Shown: positions 1 through 9,734 of the stretch, piece after piece
Numbering within the stretch: position 1 is the stretch's first letter
How the letters are laid out: each line of letters begins with the position of its first letter
Assembly: GCF_029232205.1 (NCBI RefSeq)
Contig: NZ_CP107255.1
Span: 510,001-542,000 of the forward strand
Direction of reading: 5' to 3'
DNA length: 32,000 nucleotides
Origin: Candidatus Saccharimonadota bacterium
GTDB lineage: Archaea; Nanohalarchaeota; Nanosalinia; Nanosalinales; Nanosalinaceae
The notes under the pieces: model-generated
The model's database searches: none
What the model saw: the letters and a program-made list of their open reading frames with translations, nothing else
What the model was told of the DNA's origin: nothing
Position numbers and translations under genes: made by a program

Positions 1-824
1 TGATCAACGACAGACAGCTTCTGGAGTCAATCCTTGAATCTCATGGAATTGAAAAAACAGAAGAGGCCATGAAAGTTGTCGATGACAAGGAGAAACTGGA
101 TAGAGAAGAGTTTCTCGAAGACCTAATGGACAGAGGCCTTTCACGTGAGGATGCGGAACAGGTTGACGAACTCACCGATATTTCAGGCCCTATCCTCGAT
201 CAGATAGATGATCTCAGGGAGAAAGCTCCTGAAGAAGTTCAGAAATCTGTTGACAGAATGGAATCTCTTGGAGAGACCCTGGAAAGTTACGGTGTTGAGT
301 ACATGTGCCGTATTGATCTATCAATTGTCAGAGGCCTTGCATACTACACAGGACTTGTGTTCGAGGCCTTCGATTCTGAGGGAGAGCTACGAGCTTTGTT
401 CGGCGGTGGCCGTTACGATGAACTGGTTGGCCAGTTCGGTGATCGGGATGTTCCGGCTGTTGGATTTGCTTTCGGTTACTCGCCTACGATCGAGCTTCTG
501 AAGAAGGAGGATCGGTATCCTCTGAAGGATGTTGAGACAGATGTCTACGTACTCACAGTGTCCGAATCAGTCAGAGACGTGGCCCTTGATTATGCGACCA
601 AGTTGAGGAAGAAAGGCCTATCTGTGGAGACTGACTTGGCCGGAAGAGGTTTCGGCTCACAGTTAGGATACGCTGACGACATGAATGCGAAAAGAGTCTT
701 GATTGTTGGAGAACGTGACTTGGAGAACGATGAGGTTACTATGAAGCATATGGATTCTGGTGAGGAGGAGAATCTAGGTAGGGATGAAGTGCTTGAGCAT
801 CTCAGATCAGAGGGCCTCTTCTAG
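1..824 (+). CDS. hisS: Histidyl-tRNA synthetase, C-terminal portion (5' end outside window)
   Basis: Frame is open from nt 3. Contains the class-II motif-3 region GGGRYDELVGQFG..VPAVGFAFG, followed by an anticodon-binding-type domain (DVYVLTV..AKRVLIVGERD). Confidence 0.8.
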   Translation, partial: INDRQLLESILESHGIEKTEEAMKVVDDKEKLDREEFLEDLMDRGLSREDAEQVDELTDISGPILDQIDDLREKAPEEVQKSVDRMESLGETLESYGVEYMCRIDLSIVRGLAYYTGLVFEAFDSEGELRALFGGGRYDELVGQFGDRDVPAVGFAFGYSPTIELLKKEDRYPLKDVETDVYVLTVSESVRDVALDYATKLRKKGLSVETDLAGRGFGSQLGYADDMNAKRVLIVGERDLENDEVTMKHMDSGEEENLGRDEVLEHLRSEGLF

Positions 825-1203
825 TTTCCTCTTCTTTTCTGTCAAAAATCTCTCCTTCCTCATTTATTACAAAGTTTTTTGCTGTTAGGAGTTCGAACTC
901 TCCTTCTATGCCTGATATTACTGTTTTCAGTGTTTCAGGATCATACTGATCTGATTTAGCGCCGGAGAATACGTACGTTTCCTCTCCTTCTTGAAACTCT
1001 GCCATTTTCTGTTCGGGAGAACCTCCTATCTCTCCCGGAGAAATATGTGTGGCGTAGAGGCCATCTTCATGGATTGAAACTGCGCCAACACAGTAGCAGA
1101 GTTCTTCCATAGCTACAGCTCCATCGTAGAACCCGCACTGATCGACATCCACATCATAGAAAGAGCCTGAGTAGGCCTCTAAACTTTCAGATTCCTGAAT
1201 CAT
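802..1203 (-). CDS. Hypothetical acidic protein
   Basis: ORF 802..1320 trimmed to the internal ATG at 1203 (MIQESESLEAY..), which removes overlap with the upstream gene. No motif recognised. Its 3' end overlaps the hisS stop convergently. Confidence 0.4.
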   Translation of the reverse strand: MIQESESLEAYSGSFYDVDVDQCGFYDGAVAMEELCYCVGAVSIHEDGLYATHISPGEIGGSPEQKMAEFQEGEETYVFSGAKSDQYDPETLKTVISGIEGEFELLTAKNFVINEEGEIFDRKEEETRRGPLI

Positions 1204-1249
1204 GATCCCTGTAACAGGTTCTGCTACAAAATTTAAAAATCGGCAGAAC

Positions 1250-1633
1250 TTAGGCGAACTCTCCAAGGTTCTTCTGCTGTTCTTTTCTTTCCTCCTTGAA
1301 AAAGTTGTATTCTCGTACAATCCAGCGGGTAAGAAGATTTACAACAGCATCAATCTGTTTATCACTTAGCTCTGGGCCTGCAGGAATTCTATGAGCTCTG
1401 GAAAGCTCTTTTCTGGAAGCTGAGTTGCATGCATGCATGGCCTTGTATACAGGGTTTCCGGCTGACGGCGTCTGATGGCCATCATTATCAGGCTGTTCCC
1501 TCAACTTGTTTTCTACAATTCTTCGGGCCTGATCCTTTATCTCAGGGATGCCTAGCTCTTTAATCAGCTGAATATCCTCCTCTGTCAGCCTAGGCCTTGT
1601 CTTATCTCTTCCTGGGAGTTTTAACTTTCTCAT
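1250..1633 (-). CDS. Hypothetical small basic protein
   Basis: 127-aa ORF with coding-like composition (MRKLKLPGRDKTRPRLTEEDIQLIKELGIPE..). Family not recognised with confidence. Confidence 0.45.
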   Translation of the reverse strand: MRKLKLPGRDKTRPRLTEEDIQLIKELGIPEIKDQARRIVENKLREQPDNDGHQTPSAGNPVYKAMHACNSASRKELSRAHRIPAGPELSDKQIDAVVNLLTRWIVREYNFFKEERKEQQKNLGEFA

Positions 1634-1669
1634 ATTTAAGATAGGCGTTCAAATAATTTAAGCCTGAAC

Positions 1670-2065
1670 TTAGCTAGGCCAGTAGAGATCGGAGTCGAAA
1701 CTTTTCTCCCTTGTATACCAGGTTGCCAGTGTTGAAGGGATTGAAAGAAAAACCAGTGCCACTGCTGTAAGTTTTATCCAGAGGCCTTGATCGATAATAT
1801 TGGTTAGAGGACCTACCGCGATCAGGATTCCTCCTACGGATGCAGAAATATCTATCATGTAGTGCATGTACTCTGATTCTCCCTGGAGGAATCCTCCAGA
1901 GAAAGTCGATATACCGTACAGAACAAATAGTACCGTGCTCAGAAGGCCAGGATCAGCCCGGTAGCTGTCTGAAATTGACGGTATGTAGAAGGTCAGTGAA
2001 ATTACAATTATGATAGCTCCAAGAATCATTACAGGAGGATTTATCTGGCCTTCAGAATTGCTCAT
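1670..2065 (-). CDS. Integral membrane protein (about 4 TM helices)
   Basis: Four hydrophobic stretches, e.g. PPVMILGAIIIVISLTFYIPSI and LWIKLTAVALVFLSIPSTLATWY. Confidence 0.5.
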   Translation of the reverse strand: MSNSEGQINPPVMILGAIIIVISLTFYIPSISDSYRADPGLLSTVLFVLYGISTFSGGFLQGESEYMHYMIDISASVGGILIAVGPLTNIIDQGLWIKLTAVALVFLSIPSTLATWYTREKSFDSDLYWPS

Positions 2066-2105
2066 AGTAAAAATGATGCGCGGAGATGAATAAAAACTTC
2101 TTCGC

Positions 2106-2858
2106 CTATATCTCTATTCTTATAGGCCTGTGATCTGAAAATGTCTCTTCCAGCGTTGTCACGGCCACGTCCAGATTATCTGAGCTGAAGGCCATGTCAA
2201 GAGGTTTCTCCGGGCTGTCTGCAGGAAAAGTTTTTCCATCGTGAAAATGTTTGTCGAAGATTTTTCTGGCTGTCTCTATTTCAGAGGCCTTCATGAAGTT
2301 GAAGTCTCCAGCTACTATGTATTTTTCTCGCTGTTCTGCGATATTTTTTATCTGCTTCATCTGTTTTCTTCTTACTTTTTTGCCGAATCTTGCCAGATGC
2401 ACTGAGAAAATGCTTAGAGAGTCTTTCTGGATTTCCTGTACCAGAGACTTCGTTCCTTTATCCAGGTAATGGTTCTCAACTTTTTCTGTCGCGGCCACCA
2501 TGTTTGACATGTTTCTTGAGAAAGGTGTCCTTGAGAGTACTCCGCTGTACTTTGTTCGCGAGCAACTGTCGAATTTATCTGGAAGAGAGTTCTTCAGGGC
2601 CTCGGTGTTAGAATGCCTTGAGCTTCTTATCGAGCCCTGGTCAACTTCCTGTAGAAGAACCGCGTCAGGGCCTTCTCTTTCAATCATTTCTGTGAATTCT
2701 TTCCTCGAATTTCTCTGTATCTCGGAATCTCCTATGACTGTTCTCAGTGGGTGCCTGAGATAGTTCGAAAGTCTTCCGCTGTAACCGAGGAAGTATCCTG
2801 CGTTCACAGATATTATCTTCACGTGTAACCTAGTTTCCTCCTGATTCGATAAATACAA
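2106..2858 (-). CDS. Endonuclease/exonuclease/phosphatase (EEP) family protein
   Basis: N-terminal VLLQEVD, internal GDFNF and C-terminal SDHRPIRIEI are the typical EEP catalytic motifs. Confidence 0.65.
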   Translation of the reverse strand: MYLSNQEETRLHVKIISVNAGYFLGYSGRLSNYLRHPLRTVIGDSEIQRNSRKEFTEMIEREGPDAVLLQEVDQGSIRSSRHSNTEALKNSLPDKFDSCSRTKYSGVLSRTPFSRNMSNMVAATEKVENHYLDKGTKSLVQEIQKDSLSIFSVHLARFGKKVRRKQMKQIKNIAEQREKYIVAGDFNFMKASEIETARKIFDKHFHDGKTFPADSPEKPLDMAFSSDNLDVAVTTLEETFSDHRPIRIEI

Positions 2859-2893
2859 TTTGGGTTAAAAATCTTCTTACACCAGTTTTCTCC

Positions 2894-4090
2894 ATGCCTT
2901 ACAAAATCGGTTTAGTCGGTAAACCTTCCGTAGGAAAATCCACTTTCTTCAATGCAGCCACAATGAACTCGGTCGATGAAGGAAACTATCCCTTCACAAC
3001 CATTGATCCCAGTGTTGGAGAGGCCTACGTACGGGTAGAATGTGCAGCACCTGACTTTGACGAAGAATGTGATCCAAGAGTAGGATTCTGTAATCATGGA
3101 ACCCGTTACGTACCTGTCAAACTTGTGGATGTCGCAGGATTGATTCCCGGAGCTCACGAAGGTAAAGGCCTTGGTAACAAGTTCCTGACCGATCTGAACG
3201 AGGCCGATGTACTGATTCATATTGTTGATTTCTCAGGTGAGACAGATATCGAGGGAGAGCCGACTGAGGGCCACGATCCAAGGAAAGATATCGATTTCCT
3301 TGAGGAAGAACTTGACATGTGGTACCTTGAGATCCTGGAGAAAGGGATTGAAAGATATAATTCGAAGAGCCGGCAGCAGGACATAAAACTGGAGGAGGAG
3401 CTGGCCGAACAGATGTCAGCGTTCAAGACCAACAAGAACGAAATTAAACAGTTAATTTTACAGGAAGGCCTTGAACTGGATCCTGATACATGGGATGATG
3501 AGGATAAACATGATCTGGCCCGTTCAATCAGGAAGGAGACCAAGCCAATGATTATTGCGGCCAATAAAATGGATACTGAGAAAGCTCAGAATAACTACGA
3601 TGAAATTACTTCTGATCCTGAATACGAGCATCTTGACTTTGTGCCGGCCAGTGCTCATGCAGAGAAGGCCTTGAAGAATGCTGCCGAGCAGGATGTAGTT
3701 GATTACTATCCTGGAGATGAAGAGTTTGAGATACTAACCGATGATCTTCCGGAAGAGAAGGAGAAAGGCCTTGATCAGATAAGAGAGTTTATGGAGAAGT
3801 ACGGTGGTACAGGAGTCCAGCAGGCGATGGAATCTGCCTTGTTTGATGAGCTAGGTGTTATGGCTGTCTTCCCTGGCGGTGCTGACGGCCTCGGCGATGA
3901 ACATGGTAATATCTTGCCGGACTGTTTCCTTGTGCCGGAGAATGCTACTGCAAAGGACTTTGCGTATACTATTCACAGCGATCTAGGCGATGGATTTATT
4001 CATGCGGTTGATTGTAGGGAGAACCGTCAGATAGGTGCTGATCACGAGCTTGAGCAGGGCGATGTTATAGAGATTATATCTTCGAACTAG
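2894..4090 (+). CDS. Obg-family GTPase (YchF/DRG-like) with C-terminal TGS-like domain
   Basis: P-loop GLVGKPSVGKSTFFNA, G3 DVAGLIPGAHEG and G4 AANKMD. The C-terminus (..GDVIEIISSN) is TGS-like. Confidence 0.8.
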   Translation: MPYKIGLVGKPSVGKSTFFNAATMNSVDEGNYPFTTIDPSVGEAYVRVECAAPDFDEECDPRVGFCNHGTRYVPVKLVDVAGLIPGAHEGKGLGNKFLTDLNEADVLIHIVDFSGETDIEGEPTEGHDPRKDIDFLEEELDMWYLEILEKGIERYNSKSRQQDIKLEEELAEQMSAFKTNKNEIKQLILQEGLELDPDTWDDEDKHDLARSIRKETKPMIIAANKMDTEKAQNNYDEITSDPEYEHLDFVPASAHAEKALKNAAEQDVVDYYPGDEEFEILTDDLPEEKEKGLDQIREFMEKYGGTGVQQAMESALFDELGVMAVFPGGADGLGDEHGNILPDCFLVPENATAKDFAYTIHSDLGDGFIHAVDCRENRQIGADHELEQGDVIEIISSN

Positions 4091-4114
4091 TTCGTCCTCT
4101 TTTTGTCTGTTCAT

Positions 4115-4693
4115 TTATTCGAATATCCAGTCTGTCTGGTTGATGAATTTTCCTGCGTCTTGTGTTAGCTGGTCTACTGTTTCGGTGTCTGCGTTTGGGC
4201 CTGATGTTGTGGGCATCACGAGCCATGTTGGCTCCATGAATGGTTCTGGAATATCATCTATTTCCTCGTTTACGTATACGGTTACGTTGTATGGGAAGGT
4301 GTATCCGTTTTTGATAAGTTCCTCTCCGTTCTTCCGCCAGTTTATTCCGAAGTCTCTGCTGCTGAGGTCGACTGCCAGGATTTCATCTCCAAATTCGTAG
4401 TCATCTATGTTTCCGTGGTCTTCTACAAGCCTGTATTTTCTCTGTCGGAATCCTCCGCTTTCATCTCTTTCCTGTACTGTGACCGATCCTTTGATCTGAT
4501 AGTACTTTGAGAACTGTTCCACTATGCCTTCAAGGTTGTGAAATGTGTCCCAGCTAGTGGAGTAGCCTTCATCATACTGTTGTGCCGTAAGTTCTGTGCC
4601 GTTTTTACTGAATGTTCCTACTACCCATTTGTTTCCGTAGTCATCTTCCCCCTGGTTGAAGCTGGTTAGTGATGGTATTTCTGGTTCTTCCAT
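4115..4693 (-). CDS. Hypothetical acidic protein
   Basis: 192-aa ORF with no recognisable motif. Divergent from the 4741 gene. Confidence 0.4.
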   Translation of the reverse strand: MEEPEIPSLTSFNQGEDDYGNKWVVGTFSKNGTELTAQQYDEGYSTSWDTFHNLEGIVEQFSKYYQIKGSVTVQERDESGGFRQRKYRLVEDHGNIDDYEFGDEILAVDLSSRDFGINWRKNGEELIKNGYTFPYNVTVYVNEEIDDIPEPFMEPTWLVMPTTSGPNADTETVDQLTQDAGKFINQTDWIFE

Positions 4694-4740
4694 TCAATTC
4701 AGGCTTTAATGTTGAAGTAATAAAACATTTACTCGAGTAC

Positions 4741-5211
4741 ATGGGTAGTGTGAGGCTTTCAGATATCGAGTATACTTTTGAGGGCGGCGAGCTTCTTGAC
4801 AGGCTTGATAATCTGCAGGGAGCTATTCTGACTGCTGAACAGGCCGCTGATTCTTCTGATACTCATGTTGATTATGCTCTCGGTTATCTTGAGAGTGCTG
4901 AGGAACAGATCGATCAGTTCTTTGCTGATGAAAGAATCAGGTATCCTATTCAGTGTGATATTGTGGATGCGGAGACTGATACTATTCTTGCTGAGGATAG
5001 AGAGGGCGAGATCAACATTGATCCGGAAGGTTTTGATCACATGGTTGAGGCCTTGAAGGAGATTGATCCTCACTTGGGCAGTAGAACTCCGGGCGTACTT
5101 GATTATGAAACAGCTCCTTCGCCCTGTGCAATCATTGATTTTTCCACAGAATTGATTGAGGCCTATGAGGATATGCAACAGGCCTATGATGCCCTTGAGT
5201 CAGCTAGTTAG
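4741..5211 (+). CDS. Hypothetical acidic protein
   Basis: ORF 4669..5211 trimmed to the ATG at 4741 (MGSVRLSDIEY..), because the upstream part overlaps the divergent gene's start. Confidence 0.4.
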   Translation: MGSVRLSDIEYTFEGGELLDRLDNLQGAILTAEQAADSSDTHVDYALGYLESAEEQIDQFFADERIRYPIQCDIVDAETDTILAEDREGEINIDPEGFDHMVEALKEIDPHLGSRTPGVLDYETAPSPCAIIDFSTELIEAYEDMQQAYDALESAS

Positions 5212-5213
5212 AG

Positions 5214-5227
5214 TTTTTTTTTTTTTT
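5214..5227 (+). terminator. Oligo-T tract (14 consecutive T) after the 4741..5211 gene
   Basis: T14 run begins 3 nt after the stop codon. Archaeal RNA polymerase terminates at oligo-T tracts. Confidence 0.4.
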
Positions 5228-5233
5228 GGTTTC

Positions 5234-6445
5234 CTAGTTTGTGTATCTGTAGATGGTTGCTGTGGCCATGATCAGGATTCCTGCTACTGTTAATGGCATG
5301 GCTGGTGTGAATAGTGCTGCTGCGATTCCTGAGATCATTGAGGGTATTGCGTTTGCGAGGGCTCTGACGCTCTGGTTTGTTCCGAGGGCTAGTCCCTGGT
5401 CTTTTTCGGATGCGTTGTTTGATACGAGAGTGTTTAGAGCTATCTGTGTGAGTGAGTTATTTACAGAGAATAGTGTTACTGCGGCCATGAAAGGTATGAG
5501 GCTTTGTGGTATAGGTTGTAGGAATATGAATAGGCCTGTCAGGAATAGTGTTATTGGCATTACTTTTTCTTCAGGGTATTTTGCAAATATTTTTGGTACT
5601 AGGATGGTTTGGCCGAAGATTACCAGTATTCCTATGTATAGGAAGAAGTTTCCTGTGTTGAACTGGGTGAAGTTGAATTTCTGTACCAGGTATACTGGTA
5701 TGAATGTGGTGAAGAATGCGAATCCTGAGAAGTAGAAGAAGTTGACTCCGAAGAGTTTTTTCAATCCAGGTATCTGGAATCCTTTCTTTAGCTGGGTGAG
5801 AGGTTTTTTCCAGTTAATTTTCTTTTCTTCCATGGGGCTTGTTTCGTCAAGTTTGTATCTTGAGTAGATCAGGCTTGCTGTTGAGAGTGTTGCTGCAAAG
5901 TAGAATGGTAGAGTGGCGGAGAACCATGGATGGAGATCTGAGGAGAGAAGGCCTCCGAGGAACGGTCCTAGTATGAATCCTGTTCCGAAAGCTGCTCCTA
6001 TTAGTCCGAAGTTCTTGCTTTTTTCATCTTTGCTGCTGACATCGGCGATAGTGGCCTGCGCTACTGAGATAAGCCCTCCTGTTAGTCCGTTGATTATTCT
6101 TGATAGGAAGAGTATTGGTATGCTGGCTGCTATGATTCCGTAGGCGAATATGAGTGTTGAGATTACTGTGCCGGTTATAGATAGCTGGATTACTGTTTTT
6201 CTGCCGTAGATATCGCTTACTTCTCCGAGTATAGGTGTTGCTATGAACTGTCCTAGAGGGTACAATCCGATTAGCAGGCCAAGCAGTATGTATCCCATAT
6301 TGATGGATAGGCCTTCTGGCAGCAAGAAGTATGAGGAGCTTGGTTCTGTGAAGAAAAGAGGTACGATCGGTATAAGTATTCCAAAGCTTATTACTTCAGC
6401 TATAACTGTTAAAAACAACGTTCTGAGGGTTTTAGAACTTTCCAT
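5234..6445 (-). CDS. MFS transporter (drug/H+ antiporter-like)
   Basis: About 12 hydrophobic helices. The motif-A-like loop GEVSDIYGRK between TM2 and TM3 is typical of MFS. Confidence 0.7.
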   Translation of the reverse strand: MESSKTLRTLFLTVIAEVISFGILIPIVPLFFTEPSSSYFLLPEGLSINMGYILLGLLIGLYPLGQFIATPILGEVSDIYGRKTVIQLSITGTVISTLIFAYGIIAASIPILFLSRIINGLTGGLISVAQATIADVSSKDEKSKNFGLIGAAFGTGFILGPFLGGLLSSDLHPWFSATLPFYFAATLSTASLIYSRYKLDETSPMEEKKINWKKPLTQLKKGFQIPGLKKLFGVNFFYFSGFAFFTTFIPVYLVQKFNFTQFNTGNFFLYIGILVIFGQTILVPKIFAKYPEEKVMPITLFLTGLFIFLQPIPQSLIPFMAAVTLFSVNNSLTQIALNTLVSNNASEKDQGLALGTNQSVRALANAIPSMISGIAAALFTPAMPLTVAGILIMATATIYRYTN

Positions 6446-6481
6446 AATTTGTATTGATTTAGTTATTGATTAATGTGTTTT

Positions 6482-7621
6482 TCAAAGTTCTTTTTTCTCC
6501 GTACTCTGCAATGCTTTTTCCACTAGTTCATCGATCCCTATTTCCTCTTCCAGCTGTTTGAGGCGGTGTTCTTTCAGTTCCGTGGCCGGGTTTTCTGGTG
6601 CCAGTGATCTGCAGGCGGAATTTATCTCTGAGAGCTCGAAGGTTCCTATTTCGCGGGCCTTTTCTGTTATGTCGTTTTTTGAGTCTGTTAGCAGAGGCCT
6701 CATCAACGGTTTCTTTATTTCTGAGGATGTGTTTTCCATGTTTCTGGCTGTCTGGCTTGATTTCTGGCCGAGTGATTCTCCTGTTACCAGGCCGCGGAGG
6801 CCTTCTTTTTCCGCTATTTTTTCTGCGACTTTGAACATTATTTTTCTGTGGAGTATCATGCGGCCTTTTCCTACTTCCATCAGCTTGTTGTTGACTTCTT
6901 CCATGTCGACGATGTAGTAGTTCCATTTCTTTCCTGGATGGTATTCTCTGATCTTGTCGAGCACGGCCTCAAATCTCAGTAGGTGGTCTTCGGCGGCGAT
7001 TGGTTTGTTGTAGAAGTAAATTGGTGTGATGTCTGCCCCACTTTTCATCATTTTGTAGGTGGCTACTGGTGAGTCGATTCCTCCGCTGACAAGTGAAAGA
7101 TACTCGTCCTGGGTGCCTACAGGTAGTCCTCCTGGCCCGGAAACTGTTCTGGTGAATAGGAAGGTCTCGTCTTCCTTGACCTCTATGCCCAGCCAGGTTT
7201 CAGGGTTGTCAAGATCTACTGATGAGCCTGTGAACTCTTCCACGTGGCTTCCAACTTCTCTATTTATATCCATTGAGGAAATCGGGTTGCTGGCAGTGGT
7301 CGCATCTACACCAAATGTCTCCCCGTACTCAAACTTTTCCGAAGCCTTCTTGATTGAATCAATGCTGGAGTCTGTCTTCACTGCGGGTGAGATCGATACT
7401 ATTCCTGGCAGGTTTTTGAGGGCCTCTACTGTTTCACCGGTGTTTTCTGTCTCTACTATTACCCGGCCTTTTCTCTGAGATATTTTTTCAGTCTCTATTT
7501 CTTCGTATTCGAGTTTGTCCTGCACTCTCTGCCTGAGTGTCTGCAGCATCTCTTTCTGTACAGGCCTGGACTTAGTTCCTATTTCTCCGTATCTGATGAG
7601 AACCTGGTTTTCCTCTGTCAT
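6482..7621 (-). CDS. thiI: tRNA 4-thiouridine synthase ThiI (THUMP + PP-loop, no rhodanese domain)
   Basis: N-terminal ferredoxin-like/THUMP region (LIRYGEIGTKSRP) and PP-loop SLVSGGIDSPVA. Confidence 0.8.
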   Translation of the reverse strand: MTEENQVLIRYGEIGTKSRPVQKEMLQTLRQRVQDKLEYEEIETEKISQRKGRVIVETENTGETVEALKNLPGIVSISPAVKTDSSIDSIKKASEKFEYGETFGVDATTASNPISSMDINREVGSHVEEFTGSSVDLDNPETWLGIEVKEDETFLFTRTVSGPGGLPVGTQDEYLSLVSGGIDSPVATYKMMKSGADITPIYFYNKPIAAEDHLLRFEAVLDKIREYHPGKKWNYYIVDMEEVNNKLMEVGKGRMILHRKIMFKVAEKIAEKEGLRGLVTGESLGQKSSQTARNMENTSSEIKKPLMRPLLTDSKNDITEKAREIGTFELSEINSACRSLAPENPATELKEHRLKQLEEEIGIDELVEKALQSTEKKEL

Positions 7622-7676
7622 ATTTGAAGAACTAGGTGTTGAAAGTTAAAAAGAAGAAAAAATTGAGGTCGGAGGG

Positions 7677-8261
7677 TTATCGGAAAAGTCCGGAAAGGAA
7701 GTTGAGGAAGCTTGCGATAGGGCCTCTGACTCCTCCAGTATCTCCATCCTGATTATTATTGTTGTTGCCGGAGTTCTCTGTGTAGTCTGGATGTGTGAAT
7801 GTGTCTACTGTTTCTCCGTCGTGTGTGATTGTCAGTTTGTAAGGTTGTTCTGCCTGGAAGCTGGCCTGATAGCTGTGGTATGTGATTGGCTGGATGCATG
7901 CTCCATCTTCTTCCTGTGATACGATGTCAAATGTGTACTGGTTTTCTCCAGTTTCGTTGACCGAGTGTTTGACGTTGAAGCAGGCATCATTGGTTTCGAT
8001 GCTTCCATTGAATCTGTAGGTCATGTTGTCCTGACTGGAGTTGATAACTCCTGTCTGGTTATTGTAGTTAGATCCTGTCACCGAGAAATGTGTGCTGTAC
8101 TCTGTGCCGTTAGGCCCGACAGACGTAGTGCTTGATGCTGATGATCCCGTACTTGTGATCGCGTATTCTCCATCTGATGCGTTTGGGCCTCCGACTACGG
8201 ATGTTGCGAGGCCTGTTGCGAATAGTAGTATTGTTGCCGTGAGTAGTGCTTTAGTTTTCAT
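7677..8261 (-). CDS. Secreted protein of unknown function
   Basis: Signal-peptide-like N-terminus MKTKALLTATILLFATGLATSVVG. Ser/Thr/Asn-rich mature part with an N5 run. Confidence 0.5.
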   Translation of the reverse strand: MKTKALLTATILLFATGLATSVVGGPNASDGEYAITSTGSSASSTTSVGPNGTEYSTHFSVTGSNYNNQTGVINSSQDNMTYRFNGSIETNDACFNVKHSVNETGENQYTFDIVSQEEDGACIQPITYHSYQASFQAEQPYKLTITHDGETVDTFTHPDYTENSGNNNNNQDGDTGGVRGPIASFLNFLSGLFR

Positions 8262-8322
8262 ACTTGTTGATAGGCTGCGGAACTGTTTAAAAGAATATTA
8301 TATTGTTCGATCTATTTCGAAC

Positions 8323-8661
8323 TTAAGGCCTTATGTATGCGTATCCGTCTGTCTGGAGTTTTGTGAGTTCTCCTATGCCTGATGGCACGGCCTCTACTCG
8401 CTGAAGTAGTTCTTTCTCTTTAATTTCTCTTGATTCCAGTGAGTTGTTGCAGGCCTTGATCTGTACTTCTTTGTCAAGTAGTTCTTGGAAGTATTTTTCT
8501 GCTGCCGAGTCTTTTCTGGCTGCTTTTACTGCGTCTGCGTTGAGAAGTATTGCTATTTCCGGGTCTTCTACTGTGGGGTCCTGTAATAGGTTGCGGGCGT
8601 TGGCTACTGCTTCCGCAATTTTGTCAGAATTATTGGAGGAAATGTGGATGACGGTTTTCAT
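8323..8661 (-). CDS. DsrE/DsrF-like family protein
   Basis: Trimmed to the ATG at 8661 (MKTVIHISSNN..), which gives an ATGA overlap with the upstream stop. The pattern ..ILLNADAVKAA..IKACNNSL.. is typical of DsrE-like proteins. Confidence 0.5.
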   Translation of the reverse strand: MKTVIHISSNNSDKIAEAVANARNLLQDPTVEDPEIAILLNADAVKAARKDSAAEKYFQELLDKEVQIKACNNSLESREIKEKELLQRVEAVPSGIGELTKLQTDGYAYIRP

Positions 8662-9032
8662 TGACCGCCGGCTTGTTGTGTTTCTTCGCTTCTCTGGATT
8701 TCTGCGTAGTTTGGACATACTACGATCCAGTGCTCGTCTACTCCTGCCATGTCGCCGTCGATTGATTTGACGGTTTTCTTGAGCTTTTTGACTGCTCTTT
8801 TCAGGTTGGTCATGTCAGTTTCTTTGAGCGGTGCGATGTTGACCCATACGATGTGGTCGTTGCGCAGGTGTTCCTGAACTTTCTCTGCGTCGTCGTATTC
8901 TTTCAGTGTTTCTGCCTTGATCACTACTTTACTATTGTTTTCAGACATGTTTGCGTCCAGTTCAACGAAGTCCTCGCTCATTATTTCGGTGTCTTCGTTT
9001 TCCCCTTCTTTTTTCAGAAATCCTAGCGGCAT
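8658..9032 (-). CDS. sepF: Cell division protein SepF homolog
   Basis: About 120 aa. The pattern EDFVELD..VIKAETLKEYDDAEKVQEHLRNDHIVWVNI..DGDMAGVDEHWIVVCP matches the archaeal SepF/DUF552 layout. Confidence 0.65.
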   Translation of the reverse strand: MPLGFLKKEGENEDTEIMSEDFVELDANMSENNSKVVIKAETLKEYDDAEKVQEHLRNDHIVWVNIAPLKETDMTNLKRAVKKLKKTVKSIDGDMAGVDEHWIVVCPNYAEIQRSEETQQAGGQ

Positions 9033-9120
9033 AGTTTAATTACCTCTTGGTTAAAATTTGGTTCTCTGGAACTTTTATACCTTTTCAAAAACGGCTGTAG
9101 AAAAATAGAGAATAAGGATT

Positions 9121-9369
9121 TTAATCCTCCAGGCTTTCAACCTTGGAGGCCAGGTTCCATATCTCGGTCCTGGTGTGCTGCTTGATGTTAGGATCATTGC
9201 TGATCTGATCAAGCAGTGAAGATGCAGTGTTGACCCTTACGGAAAGTTCCTTGTCTTCTTCCTGTAGGGTTTCTACTGCTTCATCCAGTAGGTCTGAAAT
9301 GTTTGATGGGACGCCATCTTTCTCGGCTAGATCCCTCATCCTGTCTGTAACTGCTTCAACTGATGGCAT
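9121..9369 (-). CDS. UPF0147-like small helical protein
   Basis: 82 aa. SNDPNIKQHTRTEIWNLASKVE resembles the conserved C-terminal segment of archaeal UPF0147 proteins (from memory). Confidence 0.45.
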   Translation of the reverse strand: MPSVEAVTDRMRDLAEKDGVPSNISDLLDEAVETLQEEDKELSVRVNTASSLLDQISNDPNIKQHTRTEIWNLASKVESLED

Positions 9370-9393
9370 TGTCTATCACCAAGTTTTCAGGCC

Positions 9394-9723
9394 TTACTGG
9401 CCCATGCTCTGTGTAATCTGGCTCTGTGCTTCCTGAAGTTTTTCTCTTAGTTCTTCTTCTTTCTTGTCCAGACTTTCTTTTCTTACGTCTAGATCTTCTT
9501 TTCTGTCTTCAAGGTCGTCCTTTAGCTGGTCTCGGTCTTTTGCGACGAGAATGTTTCCAACTTCCTGGTATACCTCTCCGTCTTCGTCTTTCTCAAGTTC
9601 TTCTAGAGATTTGTTGATTCCGTCTAGTTCGTCCTGAGTTTCTTCTTTCTGAACAGCAACCTCTTGTAGTCTTTGCTGAGTTTGCTGCATTTCCATCATC
9701 ATCTGCTGTGCGTCTTCTTCCAT
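9394..9723 (-). CDS. pfdB: Prefoldin beta subunit
   Basis: Trimmed to the ATG at 9723 (MEEDAQQMMMEMQQTQQRLQ..). Coiled-coil/beta-hairpin/coiled-coil layout (..EVYQEVGNILVAKDRD..) and the usual superoperon position. Confidence 0.75.
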   Translation of the reverse strand: MEEDAQQMMMEMQQTQQRLQEVAVQKEETQDELDGINKSLEELEKDEDGEVYQEVGNILVAKDRDQLKDDLEDRKEDLDVRKESLDKKEEELREKLQEAQSQITQSMGQ

Positions 9724-9734
9724 GAATAGTTCAC

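Noticed and set aside
802-1633. Possible frameshifted pseudogene joining ORFs 1250..1633 and 802..1320
   Set aside because: An internal ATG at 1203 gives two non-overlapping genes with a 46-nt spacer. There is no sequence continuity suggesting a single disrupted protein.
2251-2763. Several 70-90-aa plus-strand ORFs antisense to the EEP gene, with similar antisense ORFs in the YchF, MFS, glmS and 27403 genes
   Set aside because: They have low-complexity Ser/Leu/Phe-rich translations, no motifs, and are fully nested in stronger opposite-strand genes.
6528-6926. Arg/Lys-rich alternative-frame ORFs inside acidic genes (also 9972..10199, 11652..11843, 12008..12253, 13027..13353, 14141..14344)
   Set aside because: These are shadow frames of GAA/GAG/GAT-rich coding sequence. 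Each lies wholly within a well-supported gene (thiI, rpl37ae/rpoP, rrp41, rrp4, the YbaK-like gene/SBDS, psmA).
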